Positions 38,495 to 49,723 of a stretch of DNA of 64,000 nt are shown here, in pieces (position 1 is the first letter of the stretch; every line of letters begins with the position of its first letter). The notes beneath the pieces are model-generated. The model searched no databases. It was not told where the DNA came from and saw only the letters and a program-made list of their open reading frames with translations. Position numbers and translations under genes: made by a program. The stretch is from Octopus sinensis (taxonomy: Eukaryota), in the NCBI RefSeq assembly GCF_006345805.1, contig NC_043004.1, positions 39,742,001 through 39,806,000 on the forward strand. Reading direction: 5' to 3'.

Positions 38495-38613
38495 ATATGC
38501 ATACACATATATAACATATATCAGTCATACAGCGTGGATGTGAGAGAAATAATGTGAACACATTCTATGCTTTTATACTTTTGATATGTGGAATATGCGC
38601 GTGCGTATGTATG

Positions 38614-38654
<41 letters not shown>

Positions 38655-39519
38655 TATGGGAGAGAGAGAGAGATAAGTAAGTCAAATAACTACATATCTA
38701 TTGACATTAGTGCAAATTTTGCACGGTCCAGGTTTGTTTGGATTGGATTGATAGATACTGAAAAGCAAAGCTGTCTGACGTGTTCAGAGTTCCTACTTCC
38801 TTTGAGTCAGTCAGTCGATCTTCGTTTACAGTCATTATCCATCAAACTGGGAAGTAATTGGCTAGTTAGATATAACTCTTAAATAAAGACCGACTGAACA
38901 ACCGGAATTATAAGCACCAAACCAGATTTAATGTTACAAATAAGCTTTCTTAATTGAATGATAGAACTGGCATCAAACTAATGCCAGATCGATAAAAAAT
39001 CGTTACACAGGCAATAGATTTTAATTACTAAATATTTGTCAAATCTAGTAGATGTATTGTGAATTGTATACCGTGTTGGTAGCAAAACTTTACAAGCTAT
39101 ACGCCTGTGGAGGGGGTGAATACAATAAAAGTAACAGTTAAGGTATTAGATTGATGTTACATACGTTTGATAACAGTTTGAGACGGGTGCGCGTTACTTA
39201 AAGTTTCGTGGTTGTAAGATGTCTTTTTCAGTAAATGTTCAACGCGTCCTATGTCTATGAAACTTTGGGTAATGTGCATCTGAGCCAAAGTATTAGTAAA
39301 TACGCCAACACAATACACACACACATTTGTGTGTGTATTATATAGCGTGTGGACTGTCCGAAAAACTAGTTCTAACCATGGGAGAAATGGAAATTACTTT
39401 ATTTGGGTCAAGTCACTTTCTTCCTACTCTGGGTAGGTCAGGATCTCCAAACAAGTTGTGACAGGTGAAACTCAGAGTACAAAGAGACTGACTCGACCAA
39501 AATAATATACATATATATA

Positions 39520-39840
39520 TGTAATATGTGACAATTATTCTGTAGCCATGATAAAACTCCGAGTTTCGGATGCCGTGGTGGAAATCCATGCCGCCATCTC
39601 TTCAGTTATCTGGCCATCGGAAAAAATGCTATGAAAATGACCACTAAACAAAGGTTCATAACATTTTTCCGATGGCCAGATAACAGAAGAGATGGCGGCG
39701 TGGATTTCCACCCCGGCATCCGAAACTCGGAGTTTTATCATGGCTACCGAATAATTGTCACATATTACATTTACAGATAAATTGGTCTATCTACATAATG
39801 CCGAGGTCTCTTCATTCTTTTGTTGTCTTACCATTTCTAT

Positions 39841-39842
<2 letters not shown>
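39520..39842. mobile_element. Foldback (TA)n-inserted Penelope-like element; arms of about 107 bp, each with a hammerhead-like motif
   Basis: Arms 39520-39626 and 39664-39770; unique tail to 39842 shared with 19140-19251. Confidence 0.8.
39546..39613 (-). ncRNA. Hammerhead-like ribozyme motif (type I, near-palindromic stem III)
   Basis: CCAGAUAA CUGAAGA GAUG..CAUCC GAAA CUCGGAGU U UUAUCAUGG; stem II imperfect, cleavage triplet GUU. Confidence 0.6.
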
Positions 39843-39893
<51 letters not shown>

Positions 39894-40621
39894 TATATGC
39901 CGAAAACAACGAACAAACTAATATCATATGTGCTTTTCTTTCTTTTCTTCTTGTTTTCTTCTCTTCAGAATTATTTCTTTGCCATGAATCGGCTGAAACT
40001 AAACTCGATCTTTTATGCTGATGTTTTACACTGTTCACTTTTACCACCTGATCATTTTCTATTTAGATTATCAGTCCCTCTCAATTCAAGAAATGACGAA
40101 AGCATGTAGGTTTGGCATCGAATGTTATCTCCCCTTAAATGGCGGTCATGTTTATTGATTTTTCATTTGATTAATTGTTTGCCTTCACTCTGCCTAGTGT
40201 TGTTTGCTGTTTTGTTTAACTATTTCATCTTCATTCGCACAACTGCTGCATCTTTAATATTCAGCAGATTCAATCTGATCGTTTGTTAGATTTCTGCACT
40301 TTAGATGCACTCACTACGTAAGCAATTGTTTTGGATTTTTTAAAATTTATATTTAGTGCACTGAGTTTGTGCTTCTAGTCTGAGTTGCTGTTTGATGGTA
40401 AAAAATAAAAATTAAAATAATAATAATGATTTTCTATTGGATTTATTAATAACAATTTTTAACTGCGCGGCGGCACTTTACGTATATTTATAATGTCATA
40501 ATATGGAGCCGACCAAGGCTTAGTGAGTGGAACTTGTTAATCCTTCTGATCTACGGATGACCGTCGTGTATGTGTGTGTATTTTCCTATATAAGTGTATC
40601 TGTGTATCTGTCTATATATAT

Positions 40622-40695
<74 letters not shown>

Positions 40696-40748
40696 GTACT
40701 TAGAACAGCAATGGATTAAAATATCGCTTCTGTAAAAGTTATAAATTA

Positions 40749-41500
40749 CAGGGCGGGACAGAAAAGAAGAACGTTTTTGAAAAATTCCCAAAATTCATTC
40801 ATTTTAGCTGCAAGTTTTATTGGCATCAATATGTTTGTATTGAATTAGCATTTGTCAAAATTAAGTGTTGAAAACAACATCCATCATGTGGTGTCCGTTT
40901 TCATTGATGCATTTCTGAAGGCATTCTTGGAAATTGGCCTCCACTCTCTCCAGCATTGTTCTAATTATAGTTCCACGGTTTCAACTATTGCCCAGTGACC
41001 AATTTTTATGTGTGGAAATGTTGGTCTTCCTACAAAATACTCCTTACCGATCGATTATCGATACCAAGTTAAGTGGAATGCCTCCGGGCAGAGCGATTTG
41101 GACTCCGTATCAAAGCTTGTCTAACGCGTCCCACATTTTCCAGGGTCCGTACCGTTTGTGGCGCCACCATTAGTTTCCTGTTCCTTAATGAACCTCGTGT
41201 ATTAAGTGCATTCACCTAACATGAGATTGTATTACGGGAGGAAACAGCCCGATTAAGGTGAATGTTAAAGTGACGCCGAAACTCACGCTGAACTTCTGTG
41301 ACAGACTCGTTATTCTTTACGTAACTGTCATAAGAAAACACGCGATGGTCTATCGTCCACAGTGCCATGGCTTTACCTGCAAAGAAAAAATGCTTAAGAC
41401 ATCACGGAACGAATGGTACTTGTTGGAGATATGTCCCCCCCCCCCATGGGGCTGAGAAATAGCTATTTCAAAAAACGTCCGTCCTCTCTGTCCCACCCTG
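40749..41500 (-). mobile_element. Internally deleted Tc1/mariner-superfamily transposon (DUF4817-type N-terminal HTH)
   Basis: TA TSD; TIR CAGGGYGGGACAGA; minus strand encodes MALWTIDHRVFSYDSYVKNNESVTEVQREFRRHFNIH...SRNTI and C-terminal MLERVEANFQECLQKCINENGHHMMDVVFNT*; catalytic core absent. Confidence 0.82.
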
Positions 41501-41943
41501 TATATACAAACGTGAAAAAGCAGTTGCTCTTTCAGAATTTTCTCTATGACAAAATATTACACGTAGTACTGTTCCACGTTAATGTATACATTATAAATTT
41601 TATAATCACAGGTATTTTAATACGATACTGTTCCAAGAGTGGATACTACTAACTGCGCGCACACGCACACATACAAACACACACACACACACACATACAC
41701 GAGGTGTGAATGAAATGTCGGAGCGTCGAACAAAAATATCTTGCGGTATAGTGCTCCACTGTTGATACATCCCTTTACATTAAGGGTAACGGGGACTGTC
41801 CGCCGTTATGCAGTTGATAAGATAAGTAGAAAACAAATATACAATCTAGTAGTAGCATTTAAGTTGCTCTTCGGTAAATGAAACCGCTAAAGAATTATTA
41901 GCAATTTCAATGTTTCCCTGATTTAATACTTATTATACTGAAA

Positions 41944-42595
41944 GGCGGCGTGCTGGTAGAAGCGTTAGCGCGCCAGGCGAAATGCTTAGCGGTGTTTCGT
42001 CTGCCGTCACGTTCTGAGTTCGAATTCCGCTGAGGTCAACTTTGCCTTTCACCCTTTCGGGGTCGATAAATTAAGTACCAGTTACGCACTGGGGTCGATG
42101 TAATCGATTTGATCTCTTTGTCTCCTCTATGTTTAGCCCCTTGTGGGCAATCAAGAAATAAGAAACGTAAGCACGCCGGGCGTGCTTTTCGGTATTTCGT
42201 CTCTCTTTGCGTTCTGAATTCAAATTCCACCGAGATCGACTTTGCCTTTCATCTTTTCGGAGTCGATAAATTAAGTACCAGTTGCATACTGGGGTCGATC
42301 TAATCGACTGCTCCCCACCTCCCAAAAAATTTCGGGCTTTGTGCCTCGAGTAGAAAAGAATATTTATTATACTGAAAGGCGATGAGCTGGCAGAAACGTT
42401 AGCGCACCGGGCGAAATGCTTAGCCGTATTTCGTTTGTCTTTACGTTCTTAGTTCAAATTCCACCGAGGTCGACTTTGTCTTTCATCATTTCGGAGTCGA
42501 TAAATTAAATACCAGTTGTGTATTGGGGTCGACCTAATCGACTGGCCCTCTCCCACAAAATTTCCAGCCTTGTGCCTAGAATAGCAAAGAGTATT
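41944..42595 (+). mobile_element. Cluster of three family A SINEs (A1, A2, A2)
   Basis: Three consecutive heads, cores and tails; ttattatacygaa present three times as flanks. Confidence 0.87.
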
Positions 42596-43066
42596 TATTA
42601 TACCGAACCTGAAGTTGACCTCGGCAGGATGTGAACTCTAGATTTAAGGCGACCATCACAAATCATCTTGTCTGTCACCCCAGAGTTTCTGCTAATCCAC
42701 CGTGCTTAACATTTTTTTATAATAAGACCAAGATATCTGCCGTCATTGTTCTGTACTCTATGGAATAAGGTACCAATCAAATTCTCGGGAGCAGAGCATA
42801 TAAAGAACGATAACTCTGTACCTTGGTTCCAAATAATTATTTGATAACAAAATCGTAACTTTGTACCTTGGTAACAGAATCGAAACGTAATTTTGTACCT
42901 TGGTTAAAAATAATTATTTGATAACAGAATCGTAAATGCTGTGAGGAAAATACCTTGGAGTATTTGTTCTGCTCTTTTACATTTAAATCTCACCGCTTGG
43001 GTTTTATCCTCGTAGAGCAGAGAAAAGAAAAGTACCAGTCAAATACTCAAATCGATTTAATTGATT

Positions 43067-43465
43067 GGATCTTTCGGTTTGAACGGCATTTTTTTCTAGC
43101 GGTGTCATATGAAATTGTCACCCATAATTATGACCCTAGTATCGATCTATCGCATTTCAATCTGTTTTAGGGTTAGGGTTAGTTAGGGTTAGGGCTGATG
43201 GAAGGGTATCTTTTTTCTTCACAAATGTAAATAAACCCATCTGTTTCTTAAACGAGGGACATGTTCGTACGGCACAGAATGTTTTTTTTACCTCAATAGA
43301 CGTCAGTGATTGGTTGAAATTGAAGAAAAAAAAACAACAAATATCTTACAATAAAGCCAAGAGTAAAAGATGTTTTATAAACACATTCTACCAGTATACG
43401 AAGTTTTAAATTTTTTAGTTACCTAGAAATTATGTTAAAAACTGCCGTTCAAACCGAAAAGATCC
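43067..43465 (+). mobile_element. MITE with GGATC TIRs and an exact 8-bp TSD
   Basis: TIR ggatcttt(t)cggtttgaacggca; AATTGATT at 43059-43066 and 43466-43473. Confidence 0.9.
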
Positions 43466-43654
43466 AATTGATTAACTCCACTCGTCTTAGATTTACGACT
43501 TGCTATTTATTAATGAAGCAGATTCAATGGCAGAACCGATACAGTGACATACAAAACACCTAGTGCTATTTACTTTATTTAGTTGCATTCTTTAAGTTCT
43601 GAGTTTAAATCTTGCTATGCGCAACTTGACCTTATATTACTTTGACGGTAAAGC

Positions 43655-43970
43655 GACGAGCAGACAGAATTCTTAGCACGCCGGAGAAAATGCCGAGGGA
43701 CACATTGTCCGTTTTTACGTTCTGAGTTCAAATCTTGCTGGTCTTTCATCATTCTTGTGAATGGTAATATGGCAAGCTGATAGAACCCTTAGCTCGCTGG
43801 ACAAAATTTTGAGTGGCATTTCGTCCGTCTTTACGTTCGGAGTTCAAATTCTCACGTGGTTGACTTTGCCTTTCATCCTGTCGGGGTCGATGAAAAATGT
43901 ACTAGTTGAGTATCGGGGTTGATGTTATCGACTTGACACCTTCCCCATAAATTTCAGGCCATGTGCCTAT
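43655..43970 (+). mobile_element. Two diverged family A SINE copies
   Basis: ttacgttctgagttcaaat B-box segments and the core gactttgcctttcatcc. Confidence 0.7.
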
Positions 43971-44090
43971 ATGATGAAGGCTTATTCCAGTTTGGATAGA
44001 ATTAAATACCAGTGGTTTACTAGGATTGAGTAAAATCGACTACTCCTTTCTCTTCACCCCGCACAAAAAAAAAAATGTGTGACAGCATTA

Positions 44091-44522
44091 GGATCTTTTC
44101 GGTTTGAACGGCAGTTTTTTCTAGCGGTGTCATATGAAATTGTCACCCATAATTATGACCCTAGAATCGATCTATTGCACTTCAATCTCTTTTAGGGTTA
44201 GGGTTAGTTAGGGTTAGGTTTAGGGGTGGAGGAAGGGTGTCTTTTTTTCTTCACAAATGTAAATAAACCCATCTGTTTCTTAAACGAGGGACATGTTCAT
44301 ACGGCACAGAATGTTTTTTAACTCAATACACGTCACTGATTGGTTGAAATTGCAGAAATTGAAGAAAAAAAAACAACAAATATCTTACAAACTATAGAAT
44401 TTTCTCAATAAAGCCAAGAGAAAAAGATGTTTTATAAACACATTCTACCAGTATACGAAGTTTTAAATTTTTTAGTTACCTAGAAATTATGTTAAAAACT
44501 GCCGTTCAAACCGAAAAGATCC
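44091..44522 (+). mobile_element. MITE with 29-bp perfect GGATC TIRs
   Basis: ggatcttttcggtttgaacggcagttttt at both ends; flanks CAGCATTA and CAGCCTTA (7/8). Confidence 0.9.
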
Positions 44523-45061
44523 CAGCCTTATTGTCAACGACAGGAATCATTAGTGTGCCTTGAATTGACAATACCCACCCCACCTACCCTCATTCTGAAT
44601 TTTTGACCATGTGCCGAGTTTTAGAAATCAGTATCGTTAATAGATTCATAGTGTACCGCTTTGTGTGCGTTTGTGCGTTTTTCTATGTGTGTTTTCTCTT
44701 CTCTTTTTCTCTTCTAAATAACTTCCTGGTTTGGATTTGGATTTTTGAGGATTTTCTTTTTTTTGGGGGGGGGTTGTATTTGGATTTCTTTAGGTTTAGA
44801 TTATTTTGTTTGATTTTTATTTTACTTTTTTTATTCGTTCATTTGGTTTTTTTTATCTATATTAGTTACGTGTCAACAGCACAATGTGTCTGTGTGTGTG
44901 TCTGTGTGTTTGTGTGTGTGTGTGTGTTTCTGCTACTGACTTAATAGTAATTTTTTAGTTCGTTTCCAATATAATGGTTTATGCAACTATTGATTATATG
45001 AAGAACCCAAACGTTTCGTTTTTTTTAAATTATTAGTAATAATAATAATATTATTATTAAT

Positions 45062-45450
45062 AAGCTAGCAGAATCGTTAGCACGCCGGGCGAAATGCTTA
45101 GCAGTATTTCGTCCGCCGCTACGTTCTGAGTTCAAATTCCGCCGAAGTCGACTTTGCCTTTCATCCTTTCGGGGTCGATTAAATAAGTACCAGTTACGCA
45201 CTGGGGTCGATGTAATCGACTTAATCCGTTTGTCTATTCTTGTTTGTCCCCTCTGTGTTTAGCCCCTTGTGGGTAGTAAAGAAATAGGTATTTCGTCTGC
45301 CGCTACTTTCTGAGTTCAGATTCCGCCGAGGTCGACTTTTCCTTTCATCCTTTCGGGGTCGATAAATTAAGTACCAGTTACACACTGGGGTCGTTATAAT
45401 CGACTTACCCCTCTCCCAAAATTTCAGGCCTTGTGCTTATAGTATAAAGC
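45062..45450 (+). mobile_element. Family A SINE dimer (A1 body joined at ggtatttcg to an A2 body)
   Basis: Single head, two cores, junction aaagaaata|ggtatttcgtctg. Confidence 0.88.
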
Positions 45451-45915
45451 ATTATTATTATCATTATTATTATTTCCATTGCTTGTTTGGTGTATTTCCG
45501 TTGGGTTTTTTGCTTTTGGTATTTTTCCTTCTAGATATCTATTGTTGTTCCTCTTTTTAATCAAAAATAAAAGAACTTAAAATAATCTTAATTCTAGTCT
45601 TAACAAAAGATAAAACCACCTTAATTCTAGTATTATCTGTAACGTACAATTAAACTAAATTTTCAAATAATTATTTTGTTATGTAAAACAAGAAAAAATA
45701 ATATTATTAATACTATGCCATTAATACAAAATTTTATAGTAAACATTATCATTAAACACTTTACTTTATTCGAATTTCTTTAATTTGTCTCTTTGCTTAA
45801 AATAATATTTCTGTAAAATGATTTACTGTACATCTGTGTCCTTTGCAAGAGGTTTAACAATCATTATCAAGATGATGGATACAGCAGAGTAATTAGTTGA
45901 AGTATATATATATAT

Positions 45916-46035
45916 AGGGAGAGTTTACGAAAAAAACAAGACGAAGACAGGTGGTGTACAAACCAAACAGATGTATTAGTATAACGCTCAGGAATAGAAA
46001 AAGTCTTTTACGTTTCGAGCCTACAGAAAGGGACA
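45916..46035 (-). mobile_element. Penelope-like short element, family F
   Basis: Near-identical to 33977-34099; starts at a TA tract. Confidence 0.6.
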
Positions 46036-46409
46036 TAGAAAAAATCAAGGACAGAAAAAAATGTGTGTAGTAGCTAACGATCTATCATGGTGACTAGTGC
46101 CGGATATATATATATATATATATATACACTCTTACTTCCTGCATCTTGCAGCTCACCTGCGACAGACTGGTGACCCATCCAGGTAGGGAGCCTATACGCC
46201 AAGGAAACCGGGAAACCGGCCCTAATGAGCCAGGCATGGCTCGAGAAGGAACAAACATATATATATCTAATACCTCTCGGTGTCTAATTAAACCAGCCAA
46301 CCCTCAGGTTCTGCGTTCAAATCCTCTTGGTGTCAACTTTTTGCTTTTCGTCTTTCTGGGGTATATAAAATAAATATAAGTCGATATAACAGAATATACC
46401 ATACCCACT

Positions 46410-47200
46410 TTCATTTGTCTTTACGTTCTGAGTTCAAATTCCACCGAAGTCGACTTTGCCTTTTATCCTTTCGTGGTCGATAAAATAAGTACCATTTGAA
46501 CATAGGGGTCAATGTAATCAACTTGCCTCCACCCTCGAAATTGCTAGCCTTATGCTAAAATTTGAATTCATTATTTTTAATGGGTGACAGTGATAAGAAC
46601 GGGGATGTGGTAAGATCGTTTAGAACATCGGGCAAAATGTTTTGTGTTGTTCGTTCCAGCATTTTTACGTTCTGAGTTCAAATCCAGCTGAGATCAATTT
46701 TATTTCTTATCTTTACGAGGTCGATAAACAAAAGTACTGGGCTTGATATATTTGGCTTCCTTCAAGGTTTCAGGCCTTGTTACAAATCACTTTTAAAGGT
46801 GGTGGATGACAAAATCGGCAGAGTATCAATATTTACTTTCAGTCCTTTATGTTCCGACCTCGAATCCCACCAGAATTGATTTTGTCTTGAATTCTTCCCA
46901 AGTAGGAACTAATCAAGTTCTTGGATCGATTTAATACCCTACATAACCCCCACCGCCTTTTTAGGCCCTTTGTCTATGCCAGAAACCATGGTTTATTAAT
47001 TAACAGCATTATTATTAATCAACATGGCAGTGGAACGGAATGACAAAATGTCTTGCAGTAATTAGTTGCATCACTTGAAATTCTCAGTTCAAATTCCGCC
47101 GAGTGGGTTTGTCTGAGATCCATTCTGGGTTCGATACAATAATTACTAATCAATTAACGATGATAAAGTTAATCCCAACAAATCTGTAGCCTTTTTCTTA
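46410..47200 (+). mobile_element. Series of about four increasingly decayed family A SINEs
   Basis: Recurrent gttctgagttcaaat(t)cc and gtcgata motifs. Confidence 0.6.
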
Positions 47201-47274
47201 CGTTAGAAATGACAATAATTCTTATATTAATATTAATATTAATATTGCTTCTATTATTATTTAATACTTTCAAG

Positions 47275-47637
47275 GGTGAAACCGAAAACAGAACATTCCA
47301 CATATTGGACCAAGCGAACAATTCCGATGATGAGCAGCATCGAAGGAGACAAAACCAAAGAAATAATCGCAGACGAACGACTCCGTATCCTGGAGACGAA
47401 GGTAATAATCAATTGGAGCGAGAAGAACGAAGAAGACAGCGCAAAGAAAGGAAGCGAAAAGAGGAAGAAGAAAATCTAAGGAATGGGTCTGACCAGAGCG
47501 GTAACCATGGTGATCAGACGAACTCGGTTCGAAAAGCTAGTGGTGTTCGTAGCAAAAATTCTTCTATTAGACATCGGCAGACCATGTTCCAAGGAGTTTT
47601 TGTTTGGTGCCTTATCTTCGTTTTAGTGTGCAATTGG
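47275..47637 (+). CDS. Probable exon: charged Arg/Glu-rich region ending in a hydrophobic segment (GPI signal or start of a TM helix)
   Basis: 363 nt open frame GETENRTF...FQGVFVWCLIFVLVCNW; ttcaag acceptor in phase 0 matching the Thr exon; perfect GTAAGT donor; N-glycosylation sequons NRT, NNS, NGS, NSS. Confidence 0.62.
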
Positions 47638-47679
47638 GTAAGTCTCCTTTTTGGTTTCTTTTTCTTTTTTTTTTTCAAT

Positions 47680-48036
47680 TCTTTCAGTCATTAGACTGCG
47701 GCTATGCTGGAGCACCGCCTTAAGGAATTTTTGGTCGAATGTATCGACTTCAGTAATTACTTTTTTTAAAAACTTATTCTATTAAACTTATTCTATTGGT
47801 TTTTTGCTGAACCGCTATGTAACGGGGACGTAAACACAACAGCACCGGTTGTCAAGAAGTAAGGGCGGAAGACAACCGCAGACAAACACATACACACACA
47901 TATATGACGGGATTCTTTCAGTTTTCTTGTACCAAATCCACTCACAAGGCGTTGGTCGGCCCGAGGTGCCACGCAGTAGGACTAAACCCCGAACCATGTG
48001 GTAGGGAAGCAAGCTTCTTACCACACAGTAACGCCT
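47680..48036 (-). mobile_element. SINE family B, diverged
   Basis: Reverse complement tail gactgcggctatgctggagcaccgcc and head. Confidence 0.8.
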
Positions 48037-48333
48037 AATTTCTTTCATTTTGATGTATTTGCCTTTACCATAGTTATTCTTGTTATCAGTCTAATGTATA
48101 TGCTCTTATTTCTTTGAGAAATTTTGTATCGAAGTATGGTGATTGTATCCGCATGTATAGAAACGGGAGTGCAACGGTACCAACAACACTTTCAATGAAC
48201 CATTGCTAGAGGAATATATTTGTGGGAACAAATCATTCTTGTTGACATCTATTTATCTGGAAAACGTTTTCGAAAGACAAATTTCCTCTGTTCGGCAATC
48301 CGATAATATTCGAGAAAATTAGTTATATATAAA

Positions 48334-48741
48334 TAGGCGCAGGAGTGGCTGTGTGGTAATTAGCTTGCTAACCAGCCACATGGTTCCGGGTTCAGTCCCA
48401 CTGCGTGGCACCTTGGGCAAGTGTCTTCTGCTATAGCCCCGGGCCGACCAATACCTTGTGAGTAGATTTGGTAGATGGAAACTGAAAGAAGCCTGTCGTA
48501 TATATGTATATAAGTGTGTGTGTATATGTTTGTGTGTCTGTGTTTGTCCCCCTAGCATTGCTTGACAACCGATGCTGGTGTGTTTACGTCTCCGTCACTT
48601 AGCGGTTCGGCAAAAAGAGACCGATAGAATAAGTACTGGGCTCACAAAGAATAAGTCCCGGGGTCGATTTGCTCGATTAAAAGCGGTGCTCCAGCATGGC
48701 CGCAGTCAAATGACTGAAACAAGTAAGAAAGAGTAAAGAGA
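48334..48741 (+). mobile_element. SINE family B
   Basis: Full consensus. Confidence 0.9.
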
Positions 48742-49309
48742 GTCAGGGATAGTCATAAGCACGTTGCATGATGTATTTTAAGTAAAGTTAACACTGTCAA
48801 GTATAATGAATAGTTTGGTGTACAAATACCTCGAGAGCAGCGGCTCTCATAGCAGACGGAAAGGCACCACTAAATGGGGTTGTGAAAAATGTAAAGAAGA
48901 CGAACAAATTATGACGGTTTTAACGTTTTAAATATATCTATATTAAATAACAAACAAGAAGCTCTATTCTGTTTGCTCGTTTATAAAATGTTAGGAAAAG
49001 CAGTTTTTACTATTTTCTGTGAGGGGATGTCAGTTGTATGGCAGCCACTTCACTAGAACTGTATCATTACGCTGTTACTGTTCATTTAGGAACTAAAGTT
49101 GGATCCTCTGAGTAGAGTTCATGTAATGGTAGACTGATATGCAGCGAGATCGAACCTGAAACCCCGTGTTTCTTAAGTGAATTAATAGTAGAAATACTCT
49201 GAATGATGCCTTTGAAATGCCCAAACATAACTTCCACTTTCTGGTGGACGGGATTGTCGGCGAGAACTCCGTAGAGAGACGAAAAAAATGGAGTGATAGG
49301 AGATTTTGT

Positions 49310-49723
49310 GGATCTTTTCGATTTGAACGGCAGTTTTTAACATAATTTCTAGGTAACTAAACACTTTTAAACTTCGTATACTGATAGAATGTGTTTATAA
49401 AACATCTTTTTCTCTTGGCTTTATTGAGAAAATTCTATAGTTTGTAAGATATTTGTTGTTTTTTTCTTCAATTTCTGCAATTTCAACCAATCAATGACCG
49501 TCAATTGAGGTGAAAACATTCTGTGCCGTATGAATATGTCCCTCGTTTAAGAAACAGATTGGGTTTATTTTCATTTGTGAAGAAAAAAGATACCCTTCCC
49601 CCACCCCTAACCCTAACCCTAAAACGGATTGAAATGCAATAGAACGATACTAGGGTCATAATTATGGGTGACAATTTCATATGACACCGCTAGAAAAAAC
49701 TGCCGTTCAAACCGAAAAGATCC
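49310..49723 (-). mobile_element. GGATC-TIR MITE, opposite orientation
   Basis: Both TIRs present; TSD not recognisable. Confidence 0.87.

Noticed and set aside
42810-42935. Short imperfect tandem repeat (gtaccttggt...ataattatttgataacagaatcgtaa)
   Set aside because: Two to three degenerate units; ordinary local duplication
43165-43200. TTAGGG repeats as a telomere or chromosome fusion site
   Set aside because: Only 2-4 units, always inside the MITE
48840-48930. RKGTTKWGCEKC, resembling a piggyBac C-terminal Cys-rich motif
   Set aside because: Too short, and no termini or additional homology recognised
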